Assembly: GCF_006345805.1 (NCBI RefSeq)
Contig: NW_021834436.1
Location: 1-46,640, forward strand
Reading direction: 5' to 3'
From: Octopus sinensis
Taxonomy: Eukaryota
Length of the DNA stretch: 46,640 bases
Shown: one piece after another, positions 1-10,209 of the stretch
Layout: the number at the start of each line of letters is the position of its first letter
Position numbering within the stretch: position 1 is the first letter of the stretch
The notes under the pieces: model-generated
Database searches by the model: none
What the model was told of the DNA's origin: nothing
Seen by the model: only the letters and a program-made list of their open reading frames with translations
Position numbers and translations under genes: made by a program

Positions 1-335
1 CCGGTTGAAAAGGCCTAGAGATTTATTTCAAGAATTCCCTACCTATATTTGCTTTCACGGCCAAATTGAAAGCTGGGTTGAACCATTAAACTTTCCTGGT
101 CCTAGTTCTACGTGTAGCATTACTGCTAGCATTAAGTTGGTTATACTGGATCTTCTCAGAGAATCCACTTTTCCTTAATGAGCTATTGTAATAAGGTGCA
201 ACATTTTGGAATGCATAGTTATATGCATAAATACACAATTACTTTGAAAGATACACATTTGAAAGTGGATTTGTTTCATTGGTCCTTTCAACTAACGGTT
301 TTTTAAATAACCGGTAATTTGAAATAACAATTACA
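1..335 (-). mobile_element. Penelope-like element (PLE) remnant, RT thumb/linker region, runs off the window start
   Basis: Minus-strand translation of about 205->4 gives NVAPYYNSSLRKSGFSEKIQY...RRTRTRKV*WFNPAFNLAVKANIGREFLK*ISRPFQP. This matches the PLE linker pattern (APxYxxALxxSG...RxRxIxWFNPPxSxNVxTNIGxxFLxLI). In-frame stops mark it as decayed. Confidence 0.8.
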
Positions 336-382
336 GTTTAATATTCATATTATAAAAATCGAAGAAAACCTTCGCATATAAT

Positions 383-516
383 GTGTATATATATATATGT
401 ATATCTACATCTATATCTATATCTATCTGTCTATCTATCTATTTATCTATATATCTATCTATCGATCTATCTATCCATCTATCTATCTATCTATCTATCT
501 ATCCATCTATCTATCA

Positions 517-562
<46 letters not shown>

Positions 563-588
563 ATATCTATATATATATATATATATAA
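383..588. repeat. Compound microsatellite (TA)n-(TCTA)n-(TA)n
   Basis: Seen directly; it explains the YLSI/IYLS ORFs. Confidence 0.97.
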
Positions 589-1164
589 CACTCAGATACA
601 TACTCATTCACTTGCACACATACACACACACATACACACAAACACTCGTATACGCACATACGCACACATAGGCACACATGATTATATGTGCATATAAATA
701 TATGTATGTGCATGTCTGATTATCTGCCTGTCTGTCATTCCGTATTAATACATCGTTTTACCTAGTTATCATAATATCAGTTTTTGAATCAAGAATGAAT
801 CATCAGATCCATAGCAACCAATGGAATCCCTCTGTTCTGTAAGTAACTACGCAGTAAAAGTTCTGTCTACTTCCGTTTCGAGTATTCACAGTATCCTGGG
901 GAAAATCCAGTTAGATGAAATCAAAAATGTGCTTTAAATGTTTTTCTATCTGAAGAATTGAGTTGCATATAATAAAACACAGTTTTATTGTATAAAAGGA
1001 GCTACCCGGTTCAACGGGAAACAACGAAAATGGATAATGGAAACAACAAAATAAGAACATAACTATAAATAATATATATGTCGTTAGAGTGTGATAGAAA
1101 GATATCACGTTTACGATCCTATAAGGTGAAATAAAGACAGGATGCATGGATAAGATGTTAGGTT

Positions 1165-1400
1165 GTTGCATTCAGGATCGCGAGATAACGATTTCAATTC
1201 CTAGACAGGGTGTTGCGCTGTGTTTTTGAACAAAGCACTTTATCTCACGTTGCACGGCGATCACTACATTGTGCACCTATTCAAGAAATGTCGATTTGAT
1301 GGAGTGAGTGAACTAAAGTGCAGCACATGCATTTAATCACTGCAAACAAATTATCTGTGCAGATCCTTCCGCAAGAAATTGCAGAATATTCTCGTGCTCG
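1165..1400 (+). mobile_element. Degenerate tRNA-derived SINE
   Basis: B-box-like GATTTCAATTCC, then GCGCTGTGTTTTTGAACAAAGCACTTTATCTCACGTTGC, similar to the head of the minus-strand copy at 30905-31142. Confidence 0.6.
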
Positions 1401-1733
1401 AGTTGGATTATTTATATTTCAAAAGAGCATTGCGCGATGCGCAACACGTCTCCATACATGCACCACTGCTTACATGCACCATAAATGTACAATTATAACT
1501 TTATGGTCACTGTACTAATTTCAGATAAAGTATTTAACTATATACCTGCATTTTACAAAAACCTCAGATTTTTATTTTGAGTACAAAATAAATTACCAAA
1601 TATACAACATGGCTAATGCAATATTTTCATGTTGCCAGGCCTTATTGTCTCTGCTATTATCGTTTCAGTTTCGTCCTTTTTTCCCATTGTCAATGAGCTC
1701 TTCGCCACGCCTATGCACGTGGGCACGTGCAGG

Positions 1734-1788
1734 TACACACACACACACACACAAACACACACAAAACACACACACACACACACACAAA

Positions 1789-1824
<36 letters not shown>

Positions 1825-1873
1825 GTATGTGTGTATGTGTGTATGTATATATGTATGTATATATGGATATATA

Positions 1874-1932
<59 letters not shown>

Positions 1933-1935
1933 ATA
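1734..1935. repeat. (CA)n-(TA)n-(TG)n compound microsatellite
   Basis: Seen directly. Confidence 0.95.
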
Positions 1936-3141
1936 CAGTGTGCGTAAGGTATTTGAAGACATACCTTTTTGGGGGTCATTGCTGCATCTTTTGCTAACTC
2001 TGTAAAGCCTTTGTTTCAGACCCCTCAGCTTACTCAAGAAATGAAGAGGCATGCTGTTATTGTGGTTATACAGGCCGAGCATAGCGATTTAGAAATATCT
2101 CGATTTTTTAAAGTTGCCAGATCTTTCATCTACAAAGATGGATAGGTATCACCAGTATCTGAGCATAAAAAGCAGTCTAAACAGTCTGAAATCATCAGAA
2201 CACCTGAATTTATCCAGCAAATTCGACAGACCCTTAATTACAATCCCAGAAAGTCCATGAGATCAATTGCAAAAGCTCTCCATTTGTCAGAAAGAACAGT
2301 AGGAAATGTTGTCCACTAAGACATCAGATATAAGTCTTATATGATGAAGAAAGGTCAATTTGTCAGAAAAAGCAAAAGAAAATCACTATATCAGATCTAA
2401 AAGGCTCTTAAACAAACTGAAAAATCCAGCAGAAGAAGATTTGATTTGGTTTTTCTCAAACGAGAAATACTTCGACCAAGATCAAAAGGTTAACAGAAGA
2501 AATAACAGATGCTTATGTGCAGACCCTTCTGAAGTTCCATGTGCTATGCATACAAAATTTCTTGCAACAGTCATGTTCATACAACACTCATGTTCATGCA
2601 ACAGTCATGTTCTTGCAACAGTCATGTTCATCGTCAGCAGTTATCTTTGCTGCCTACATTGAGGTCCTGGAAATAATTGTTAAACCCTAGATAGATAATG
2701 GAAAGTCATATGTGTTTCAGTAAGATTGTGCACTATCACACATGGCTCTAGTAACACATGAATGGATGGCCGAAAATTTTCTTGATCATATAACCCCTCA
2801 TATTTGGCCACTTAATTCCCCAGATTTCGGACTATTACATGTGGAGCGTTGTTGAGAGAGAGGTCAATGAACATGCTCATAACATCAAAGATTCTTTGAA
2901 AGCTGCCATTGTCATAGTAATATCCAAAATAAACCAGGACCACTCGATTCGAGCATGTAGGTGATTTAGATCTCACATAGAAGCAATCGTTGAAGCTGAA
3001 GGTGACTTTATTGAATAACATTATAGATAAGGTTATTTTTATCCTCATAGCATTTTTTGAGAAAACATTTTATTATCCGTTATTATATATCTGTTTCTTT
3101 TATATAAACATAAAATCTGTTCTCAAATGTTACGCACTCTG
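1936..3141 (+). mobile_element. Full-length decayed Tc1/mariner-superfamily element, maT/DD37D family
   Basis: Left TIR TA|CAGTGTGCGTAAGGTATTTGAAGAC (1936) has a degenerate inverse GTTCTCAAATGTTACGCACTCTG (3119-3141). About 1.2 kb, containing a transposase pseudogene. Confidence 0.88.
2041..3018 (+). pseudogene. maT/DD37D transposase pseudogene
   Basis: MKRHAVIVVIQAEHSDLEISRFLKVARSF...WFFSNEKYFDQDQKVNRRNNR...TKFLATVM...FQ*DCALSH...IWPLNSPD-(LNPL deleted)-DYYMW...EAEGDFIE*. Restoring LNPL gives 37 residues between the second and third Asp. Contains frameshifts and stops. Confidence 0.88.
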
Positions 3142-3144
3142 TGT

Positions 3145-3145
<1 letters not shown>

Positions 3146-3200
<55 letters not shown>
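3146..3200. repeat. (CA)n microsatellite
   Basis: Seen directly. Confidence 0.97.
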
Positions 3201-3202
<2 letters not shown>

Positions 3203-3582
3203 CTTAGAGTACAGTACAAAGTTCGCCCACCTTCAGATTTCACCTGGTGCTATCCAGTAGTACTGCCAGATTTGCGTTGAGTTTTCTGTAGTGATTATAA
3301 ATAAATGTCCAACCTATTCAATGATATATATGCATATATATATATACATGTCAAGCATAATTTTTCTTATCCACATCACTACCTTCATATCACTTGGCCT
3401 TGAATTTCTCTTACAACCATTCTTGAAGCCGTGAGCATTCTCCCAGATAAAGAATGAGGAGTTTAAGTTCAAATCTTTTGATCATTACTGTTTGCTTTCT
3501 ATACTGAGCTTATGTAGACTCACTTATTGCCCGTATCCATACATACACAACCACACACACACACACCACACACATATATATA

Positions 3583-3631
<49 letters not shown>

Positions 3632-3639
<8 letters not shown>

Positions 3640-3800
3640 GCAAGATTTTATGTGAAGTCGTGTGTTGAAACAGATATTGTTATATTTCGGAATGGTCATA
3701 TTGCCAGTTTAGCCAATAAAAACACACGCACTATATATTTGGTGTTATTTTGCTTCAGTGATATTTATTTTTTACATTAATCTTAATCTTAATTCGGCCA
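3632..3800 (-). mobile_element. 169-bp (TA)n-anchored element: post-cleavage copy of the hammerhead family at 10210-10429
   Basis: Near-identical to 10224-10391 (TTGTGCAAGATTTT...AATCTTAATCTT..TTCGGCCA). It abuts (TA)n on one side, and homology stops at CGGCCA. Confidence 0.85.
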
Positions 3801-4044
3801 AATACAAACACACATACATGCACACATACATGCAAAGACACTGACATAATTCCTATTTATTGAATTCAACTCGAAGGTGCTGGTCAACCCAAACCTTCAT
3901 TAGAAAACGTCATGATATCACGCGGAGAGGGATTGAAACTAGAACTCCGTTAACTTGACAACGCTGTTGTCTACGCGTCTCTCTCTCTCTGCTTGTTTCT
4001 GTCACTGTCTCTCTACCTCTCTGTCTCTCCCTTTCTCTCTGCAT

Positions 4045-4087
<43 letters not shown>

Positions 4088-6639
4088 TTACACAGAAACA
4101 AATGCATAAATACACACGTCATCATAGGTCTGTATACATATTACGCATAAACATATACATAGACAAAAGACGCGGTGGAAACCGTTATTGTAGAGAATGA
4201 AAGCAAAGATAGCTACTGAGTGATAAGAAATATAACTGCTGAACCAGGAATTCAACACACACGCAGACACGCGCGTACTTACATATGTGTGTATGTGTGT
4301 GTGAAGAGAGTAGGAGAAAGTGAGAATAGGGGGAGATAGTGGAGAGATAAGTGATCGTACGAAAAAGTTTTTACTTTAAGAAAAAAACTTTATTTTTGTT
4401 CGATGAAAATAAGTAGAAAAGAAGTCTATATAATAAGGTAGAGTTGAATATACGTACAAATAAATAAAGATAGATTTTGTAAGAGGTCGGGTAGAGTCTC
4501 TCGAATTATGTGCAAAACAAAATGAAAAATTAATAACAATGTGCTTCACATATAGATAAGAGATGAACTTATTCATAAAAATGCTTTTGTTGGGGGAGAA
4601 AAAAGAAAAAAAATGGAAAGAGGCTCTTTTTTTTATTCTATAGTTGTGACACTATTTAATAGGTCGGAGTACTAACGTATACTTACAATACACACTGAAA
4701 TTTGACTGTTAGTTTTATTTGTTCTACTAGTACAAAACCTTATTTAGCGAATAAACTAATGTTTTTGCCGTTTTTCACTCTGGCTTTCTTATCACAAGTA
4801 TGTAATGAGAATATGGAGAGATAACAGGCTGAAAGTCCTTGGAAAAGATTTTAAAATATCATAATTTTCTTTAAAATCATATCAATGAGGAATATAATAA
4901 ATAAAATACTGTCGTAAATACTGCAGCTCAAACGACTGGTCAGTTAATGTCACAGGCTTGTTTCATAGCTAAAAACATCTGAGACAGAAAAAGAAAAAAG
5001 GAAAAAAAAAAGGAAAACAGAAAGAAAGAGAAGTAAACAAAAACAAAATCTAAAATAAAAATAAAACATAATAATAAATAATATAGAATCGCAGACCTCA
5101 AACAATAGTTTCATAGCTGGTGCCGTAGTTAAACATCTGAGAAATATTCGTGACAATAATATAATTCATATTCTAAAGCTTTAGTCTGTATATTACTTAT
5201 CTTATCTGTTAGAAGAAGAAACTATTCATGCATTAATGTGAGGTTGTATTTTACTATCAATACTCTGATGGCCTTCCTGTGAGAAGAAGCAGCATTTGAG
5301 TATTGTGAATGAACGATTCGGCTGAATCAATATAGTACAGCAACAAAGTGATATAAAAGACTATAAAATACCTCACTTTTCTATTTCCCGATAATAGTTG
5401 ATGACGAATTTCTAGCTACAATCGTTTCTTGATATTCTTTCTTCTATTCGGACATAAAACTTTTCCTTTCCCAATCAAGAAAGGCATACAAAAAGATATT
5501 TTCCCATAGTTAAGAATGAAAATTATTAAATAATCTCGCAGATCTAAGATTAGATTGATAATTTAATCGACTGGCGGGAATTAGATTAGTAAAACCTACA
5601 TTAAGTTCTTTAGATTTGCTCTTTTGCGCCCGAATTCTGGCTGTATCTACACCAAACCATGTCTCAGTACTTTTAATGGTATCAGTGCAGATTATAATAG
5701 TAGTAGTGGTAGCAGCAAAGCCTTGACTTTCTGCTAAGATATTTCACTTTTGCTGAATACGGTGAATATATCAAGTGGACTTCAATGCAATTCTTACGCT
5801 ATGAGAGAACAGAGACGTAATCTATCTATCCATCTATCCAATCATAGGTTCTTCTATTCATGCAGCACACGTATATCAGTTTAACCATCCATATACTCTT
5901 CTATACATCCATCCGTCTATCCACTTATCCATTCATCTATCAATCTATCTATCCACAAGTTAATGCATTTATTCGCAAGCATATTTCTTCATCCATCTCA
6001 TAATGAATCCAGCCAGCCAGCCAGCCAACAACCAACCAACCAGCTAGCTATCCAATCGGTGAGACCAATGATAATATTTCGCCACGTAGCGAAATATACA
6101 CATATTTCGTCCACATATTGATACACAATTACCTCTTGATCTTACAGAATAAAACTCTAATGCAGTTGTATTCCGCTGCTACTCCTTATACGCATTTTAC
6201 ATGCGAATGTATATATGTACAAACTCACATACACATACGTACACACAGACTTTCTCATACACATGAACACACACATACACACACGTTCGCAGACATTCAC
6301 TTATACACGCAAAAGCAGTGTGTGCATATAATGTATATGCACTTACATTTGCACTCACATGCACACAAATATTTGTTCTCACACAAACCTACTTACAAGA
6401 ACAAGTGAAAAAACTTCATTCTCATAGAGTATTATACAAAACACCTCAAAATGACCGATGCCTTTCTCTTCCTAAGCTCTGTACTGCGAAACAATAATAA
6501 ACCTCTTGTTATTTAATATAGTGTTGCTTTTCTTTGAAGCTATTAGTCACACCTCTTCGTGGAAATAATTCAGTGATACAAACAAGGGAGGGGGACATGT
6601 GGTCTTTTAGGCATCTAAAGATCATTTTCAAGAAATCGC

Positions 6640-6875
6640 TCATTGCTGCCCTCCCACATCAACATCACCTCCACAGATGTGACGTCCTCTGTCTACCTAC
6701 GTACTGTTGTTATAATGGCCCCTGCTCCTCTAAACTGACTGATCACGTACCACCTCCTTTCCACTAGCCCATCGTCGACTCACTCGTTCTCATTCTCTCA
6801 TTCCCCATATTGTATTCACGCTGATGCCGCCCCCTCCAACAACTATATCGTTACCTCTGGAAAGGCAGCCTTGCA
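6640..6875 (+). mobile_element. 3' remnant of an L2/CR1-group LINE ORF2
   Basis: LPHQHHLHRCDVLCLPTYCCYNGPCSSKLTDHVPP...RLTRSH...LWK resembles the LxHRRxVxxLxLFYxYYxGxCSxEL...TR...LWN C-terminus. Confidence 0.55.
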
Positions 6876-7184
6876 TATGAGTAGAGAGTGTGTGTGTGTG
6901 TGTGTGTGTGTGCGTATTTCTGTATCTGTGTCTCTTTATCTGTTCGTATGCGTGCGTCTTAATTTCTGAGTGTGTACATCTACGCTCTTTACTCTACTTG
7001 TATCTAGAGATTATGTTGTAAGATGTGTCTTGTGTGTATATGTGTGTGTGTATATATCTCTGTGAATGTCACTATACGTATGTATATCTATTTATATTGT
7101 TAAATGTGTGTCTGAGAATATGTGTGTAAGTTCGTATATGTAGACCTGTATTCATATTATAAAATGTGTGCCTGAGCCTGTCAG

Positions 7185-7222
7185 TGCGCATGCGTGTTTG
7201 TTTCTGTTGTAGCCGCCATTTT
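7185..7222. promoter_or_regulatory. Adjacent NRF1-like (TGCGCATGCG, 7185-7194) and YY1-like (GCCGCCATTTT, 7212-7222) motifs
   Basis: Consensus matches seen directly in a non-repetitive patch; function unverified. Confidence 0.25.
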
Positions 7223-7509
7223 TCAACTCTTCAAGTAAAACGTTAAAACCATCAGTTTGGCTATTCCCAGGTCTGTGAATGTTAACGGCACTACACCTTC
7301 TTCCATAATAAGTGACATCTGTAAGGAAACCGGAATGTTCATTAAAATTCATCATATTTTGTTAATTATTTAGCATTGCACGCGTTCATATGCTTGTGTA
7401 TATATATATGTTTTGTATTGTTGTTAGTGTCATAGAAAACAATAAAAATACGTTTATACGTACATCCACCCGCCACCTACAAACCACCATGCAATTTTCT
7501 AATATGCAA

Positions 7510-7642
7510 TAGGTGCGGGCGTGGTTGTGTGGTAGTAAGTTTTCACATCGCACGTTGGGCAAATGTCTTCTATTATACGTTCAGGTTGACTGGAGCCTTG
7601 TCAATAGATCTGGTAGACGGAAACAGAAAGAAGACCGTCGTA
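7510..7642 (+). mobile_element. tRNA-derived SINE, 5' half with internal deletion (same family as 12020-12432)
   Basis: AGGTGCGGGCGTGGTTGTGTGGTA...TTGGGCAAATGTCTTCTA...GGTAGACGGAAACAGAAAGAAGACCGTCG. Confidence 0.8.
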
Positions 7643-7679
7643 TGTATGTGTGTGTGAGTGTGTGTATGTATGTATAATG

Positions 7680-7703
7680 TATATGTATATATATATATGT
7701 ATT

Positions 7704-7736
<33 letters not shown>

Positions 7737-7861
7737 TATATATATACACACACCATATATATATATTATTAAAGCATATAACTCTACCTCTGGGATGCGA
7801 GTAATATCTTTTCCACCTTGTTTCGCATTTATGTGCTTACTCCGGTATTATAATATATATC

Positions 7862-7927
<66 letters not shown>
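7680..7927. repeat. (TA)n arrays interrupted by an 85-bp unique snippet (about 7770-7855)
   Basis: Seen directly. Confidence 0.9.
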
Positions 7928-7928
<1 letters not shown>

Positions 7929-8382
7929 AGTAAGGGTTAAGCAACAAGTTGCTTCACCACATACCGAAAATTTAGAAATAGCAGCCAAAAGACAGCTTAT
8001 TCCTTTTAACTACAGGTATTACTCCACAGATAACAATACTTGTAACTCACATAGGAAAAAAGAAGAAAAATAACGAAATCAAACAGTCTTCGATTAATTG
8101 TGGACGCGTTCGGGGTTAGAATTATACAAAATCATTCCTGTCATCAGCACAATAATTCGATAATTTCTAAATTTGAAAATGCTAGGAACCTACCCTTTGC
8201 ATCCCGATGAAGCGACATCGGGGAACAACAGAAGATAGTCAGCACATCCAAATTATATAGACGAGTGAATTCAAATTTTTCTCCAAGATTACTATGTGCG
8301 TCACAAGATAGTACCGCAGAAAAAAACTGCACCATGTTATACAGGAGTGAAACATTCATTAATGTTTTACCCAATATCTGTA

Positions 8383-8385
<3 letters not shown>
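7928..8385 (-). mobile_element. (TA)n-flanked hammerhead-bearing element (family A), probable PLE pLTR derivative
   Basis: Unique 460-bp segment between (TA)n tracts. It contains the hammerhead at 8090-8160, with 175 nt from the predicted cleavage site to the (TA)n boundary. Confidence 0.65.
8090..8160 (-). ncRNA. Type I hammerhead ribozyme motif, degenerate (GAAA->GAA)
   Basis: Minus strand: UCGAAUUAUUGUG-CUGAUGA-[29 nt, weak stem II GAAU/AUUC]-GAA-CGCG-UC^CACAAUUAAUCGA. Stem I pairs 11/13, stem III is palindromic (ACGCGU), and the GUC site is between 8103 and 8102. Confidence 0.7.
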
Positions 8386-8425
<40 letters not shown>

Positions 8426-8429
<4 letters not shown>

Positions 8430-8937
8430 ATATAAGCGGGATCAGCCATCTGAATGTGGCTAGGGACAGGGCGGGTGGTGGGGGTGTTACTGATGCATTT
8501 AGCCCCAGGCGACTATCGACGTCACCAGAAGAGCCGACACCATCACGGTGTCCTTGCTAGCCTGCAAAGGGAGATCAGCCTCACCGAAGATACGGATGCT
8601 ACACACGGACCGGTTTCGAGGTATTTTGCCTCTTGTCAGCGCATGGCAAGCACCGTTCTTCGCTGAGGAACTTCTTGTACAGGCCAGATATATATAGATT
8701 TTCACAGTAACCACAGTCACTGGCGTAGAAAATCCGTATCTCGGTGAGGCTGATCTCCCTTGCAGGCTAGCAAGGACACCGTGATGGTTGTCGGCTCTTC
8801 TGGTGACGTCGATAATCGCCTGGGGCTAAATGCATCAGTAACACCCCCACCACCCCGCCCTGCCCTAGCCACATTTAGATGGCTGATCCCGCTTATATTA
8901 TAGAGCAGTTACTGTTTATACCTCGCTCAGAGATTTA
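8426..8937. mobile_element. Long inverted-repeat element (arms 8426-8597 / 8732-8902) with a hammerhead in the spacer and a 35-nt one-sided tail (family B), probable inverted PLE pLTR
   Basis: The arms differ by 2 substitutions and 5 single-base indels over about 170 bp. The tail GAGCAGTTACTGTTTATACCTCGCTCAGAGATTTA (8903-8937) has no mirror on the left. Embedded in (TA)n. Confidence 0.85.
8602..8645 (-). ncRNA. Type I minimal hammerhead ribozyme motif (G8->A)
   Basis: Minus strand: CAUGCG-CUGACAA-GAGG-caaaaua-CCUC-GAAA-CCGG-UC^CGUGUG. 6-bp stem I (two G-U), perfect 4-bp stem II, palindromic ACCGGU stem III. Predicted cleavage 8608/8607. Confidence 0.8.
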
Positions 8938-9050
8938 TTATTATATATTATATATATATATTCCTTCTTCCATTTTTCCTGAGCGCCTAATAGTAATACT
9001 TTATTGTTCCACGTGTTGTTGTTTTTCTGTTTTCCCGTTTGGATTAACCT

Positions 9051-9084
<34 letters not shown>

Positions 9085-9098
9085 ATATATATTATATA

Positions 9099-9134
<36 letters not shown>

Positions 9135-10046
9135 CGAGGGGCGTTCAATAAGTAATGCCCTGACCCACTTCCCATAGCAGTAGAGCAACGAAACTTGGCA
9201 CAGTTATTAGTATTTTTCTACATAGGAACCAGCCAGAGTTACGCATTTCTCCATCGTTTGATGCAGCTCTGGAGACGGTTTTGGAAAGACCCCAGCTGGG
9301 CCTCCAACCACGACGTGACTTCAGAAATCAAGGCTGCATCATCGGGAAACGCTTTCCTTTCAAAAACAACTTCATGACTGAAGAGGTGAAAATCAGAGGG
9401 TGCAAGTTGAGGAGAGTAGGGGGGGGGGGAGGAGTTCATAGCCGCACGCCTGTGCTTCTGATCTGGCGACAAGCGAGTGGTGGACCGGAGCGTTGTCCTG
9501 CAGGAGGAGGAGCCTTTGCTGATCTTGTCCCGCCTTTGATTTTGATAGCTTCTCTTAATTTCCTCAAAAATGAAGCATAATAGGCTCCTGTAATTGTGGT
9601 ACCCTTTGCCGGGAAATCTGTCATCACTACTCCGTCCTGGTCCCAGAAGAACTGTGAGCATGACCTTGCCAGCGGATGGCTGCACCCTTGCCTTCTTTGA
9701 GAAGAGGTGAGTCACGGTGCTCCACTGCATTGACTGGGCTTTGCCTCTGGATCATAGTCATGGACCCAAGTCTCATTCTGTGTAATCAGTCTTTTGAGAA
9801 ATTTTTACTCATCTTCTTGGCACATCTCCAAATTCACCCTCGAGCACTCGACGCGTTCTTGCTTCTGGAAAGGTGTGAGCAACCTGGGAATCCATCTGGC
9901 AAACACCTTTTGCATATGCAAATGTTCATAAATGATAGTTTCCACAGACCCGGTACTAATCTTGACCTTATGGGATATTTGGCGAATATCAAACTAGATC
10001 AAACAACTGCAAGTGGATCAGAGGCATTACTTATTGAACGCCCCTC
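9135..10046 (-). mobile_element. Mariner (DD34D) element with 5' internal deletion
   Basis: TA|CGAGGGGCGTTCAATAAGTAATGCC (9135-9159) and the perfect inverse GGCATTACTTATTGAACGCCCCTC (10023-10046). About 0.9 kb, shorter than the about 1.3 kb typical of mariners. Confidence 0.93.
9207..9990 (-). pseudogene. Mariner transposase pseudogene lacking its N-terminal HTH
   Basis: KVFARWIPRLLT...ETWVHDYDPE...SAGKVML...QDNAPVH...PPYSPQLAPSDFHLF (WVPHEL-like and YSPDLAPSD-like motifs, about 34-residue D-D spacing). Contains frameshifts and stops. Confidence 0.92.
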
Positions 10047-10209
10047 TGGATCATAGTGATGGACCCAAGTCCATATATTATATAATATATATATATATAC
10101 ATAATCCTATATCTGTAATATATATTATATATATATTATATATATATTTTACCCTGTATCTGTAATATATACATATATATATTTTAACCTATATCGTAAT
10201 ATATATATA

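Noticed and set aside
771-815. Minus-strand CUGAUGA followed by an A-run
   Set aside because: No G10.1-C11.1 pair, no GAAA, and only 2 bp of stem I.
781-844. Possible 58-bp exon (CAG...TCT|GTAAGT)
   Set aside because: Poor polypyrimidine tract and no recognisable peptide.
4924-5142. Degenerate direct repeat GTTTCATAGCT...AAACATCTGAGA around an A-rich tract
   Set aside because: Most simply an old local duplication; no element body is recognisable.
6075-6098. 9-bp hairpin ATATTTCGC/GCGAAATAT
   Set aside because: A single short hairpin with no supporting context.
7815-7850. Minus-strand GCA-loop-UGC-GAAAC resembling a hammerhead stem II
   Set aside because: The upstream core reads CCGGAGUAA, and there is no UH or stem I.
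8426-8937. Initial reading as a DNA MITE, foldback or Helentron/HINE
   Set aside because: The hammerhead in the spacer, the inversion point near the cleavage site and the 13-bp duplication at the mini copy fit a PLE origin better. A Helentron origin is disfavoured but not formally excluded.
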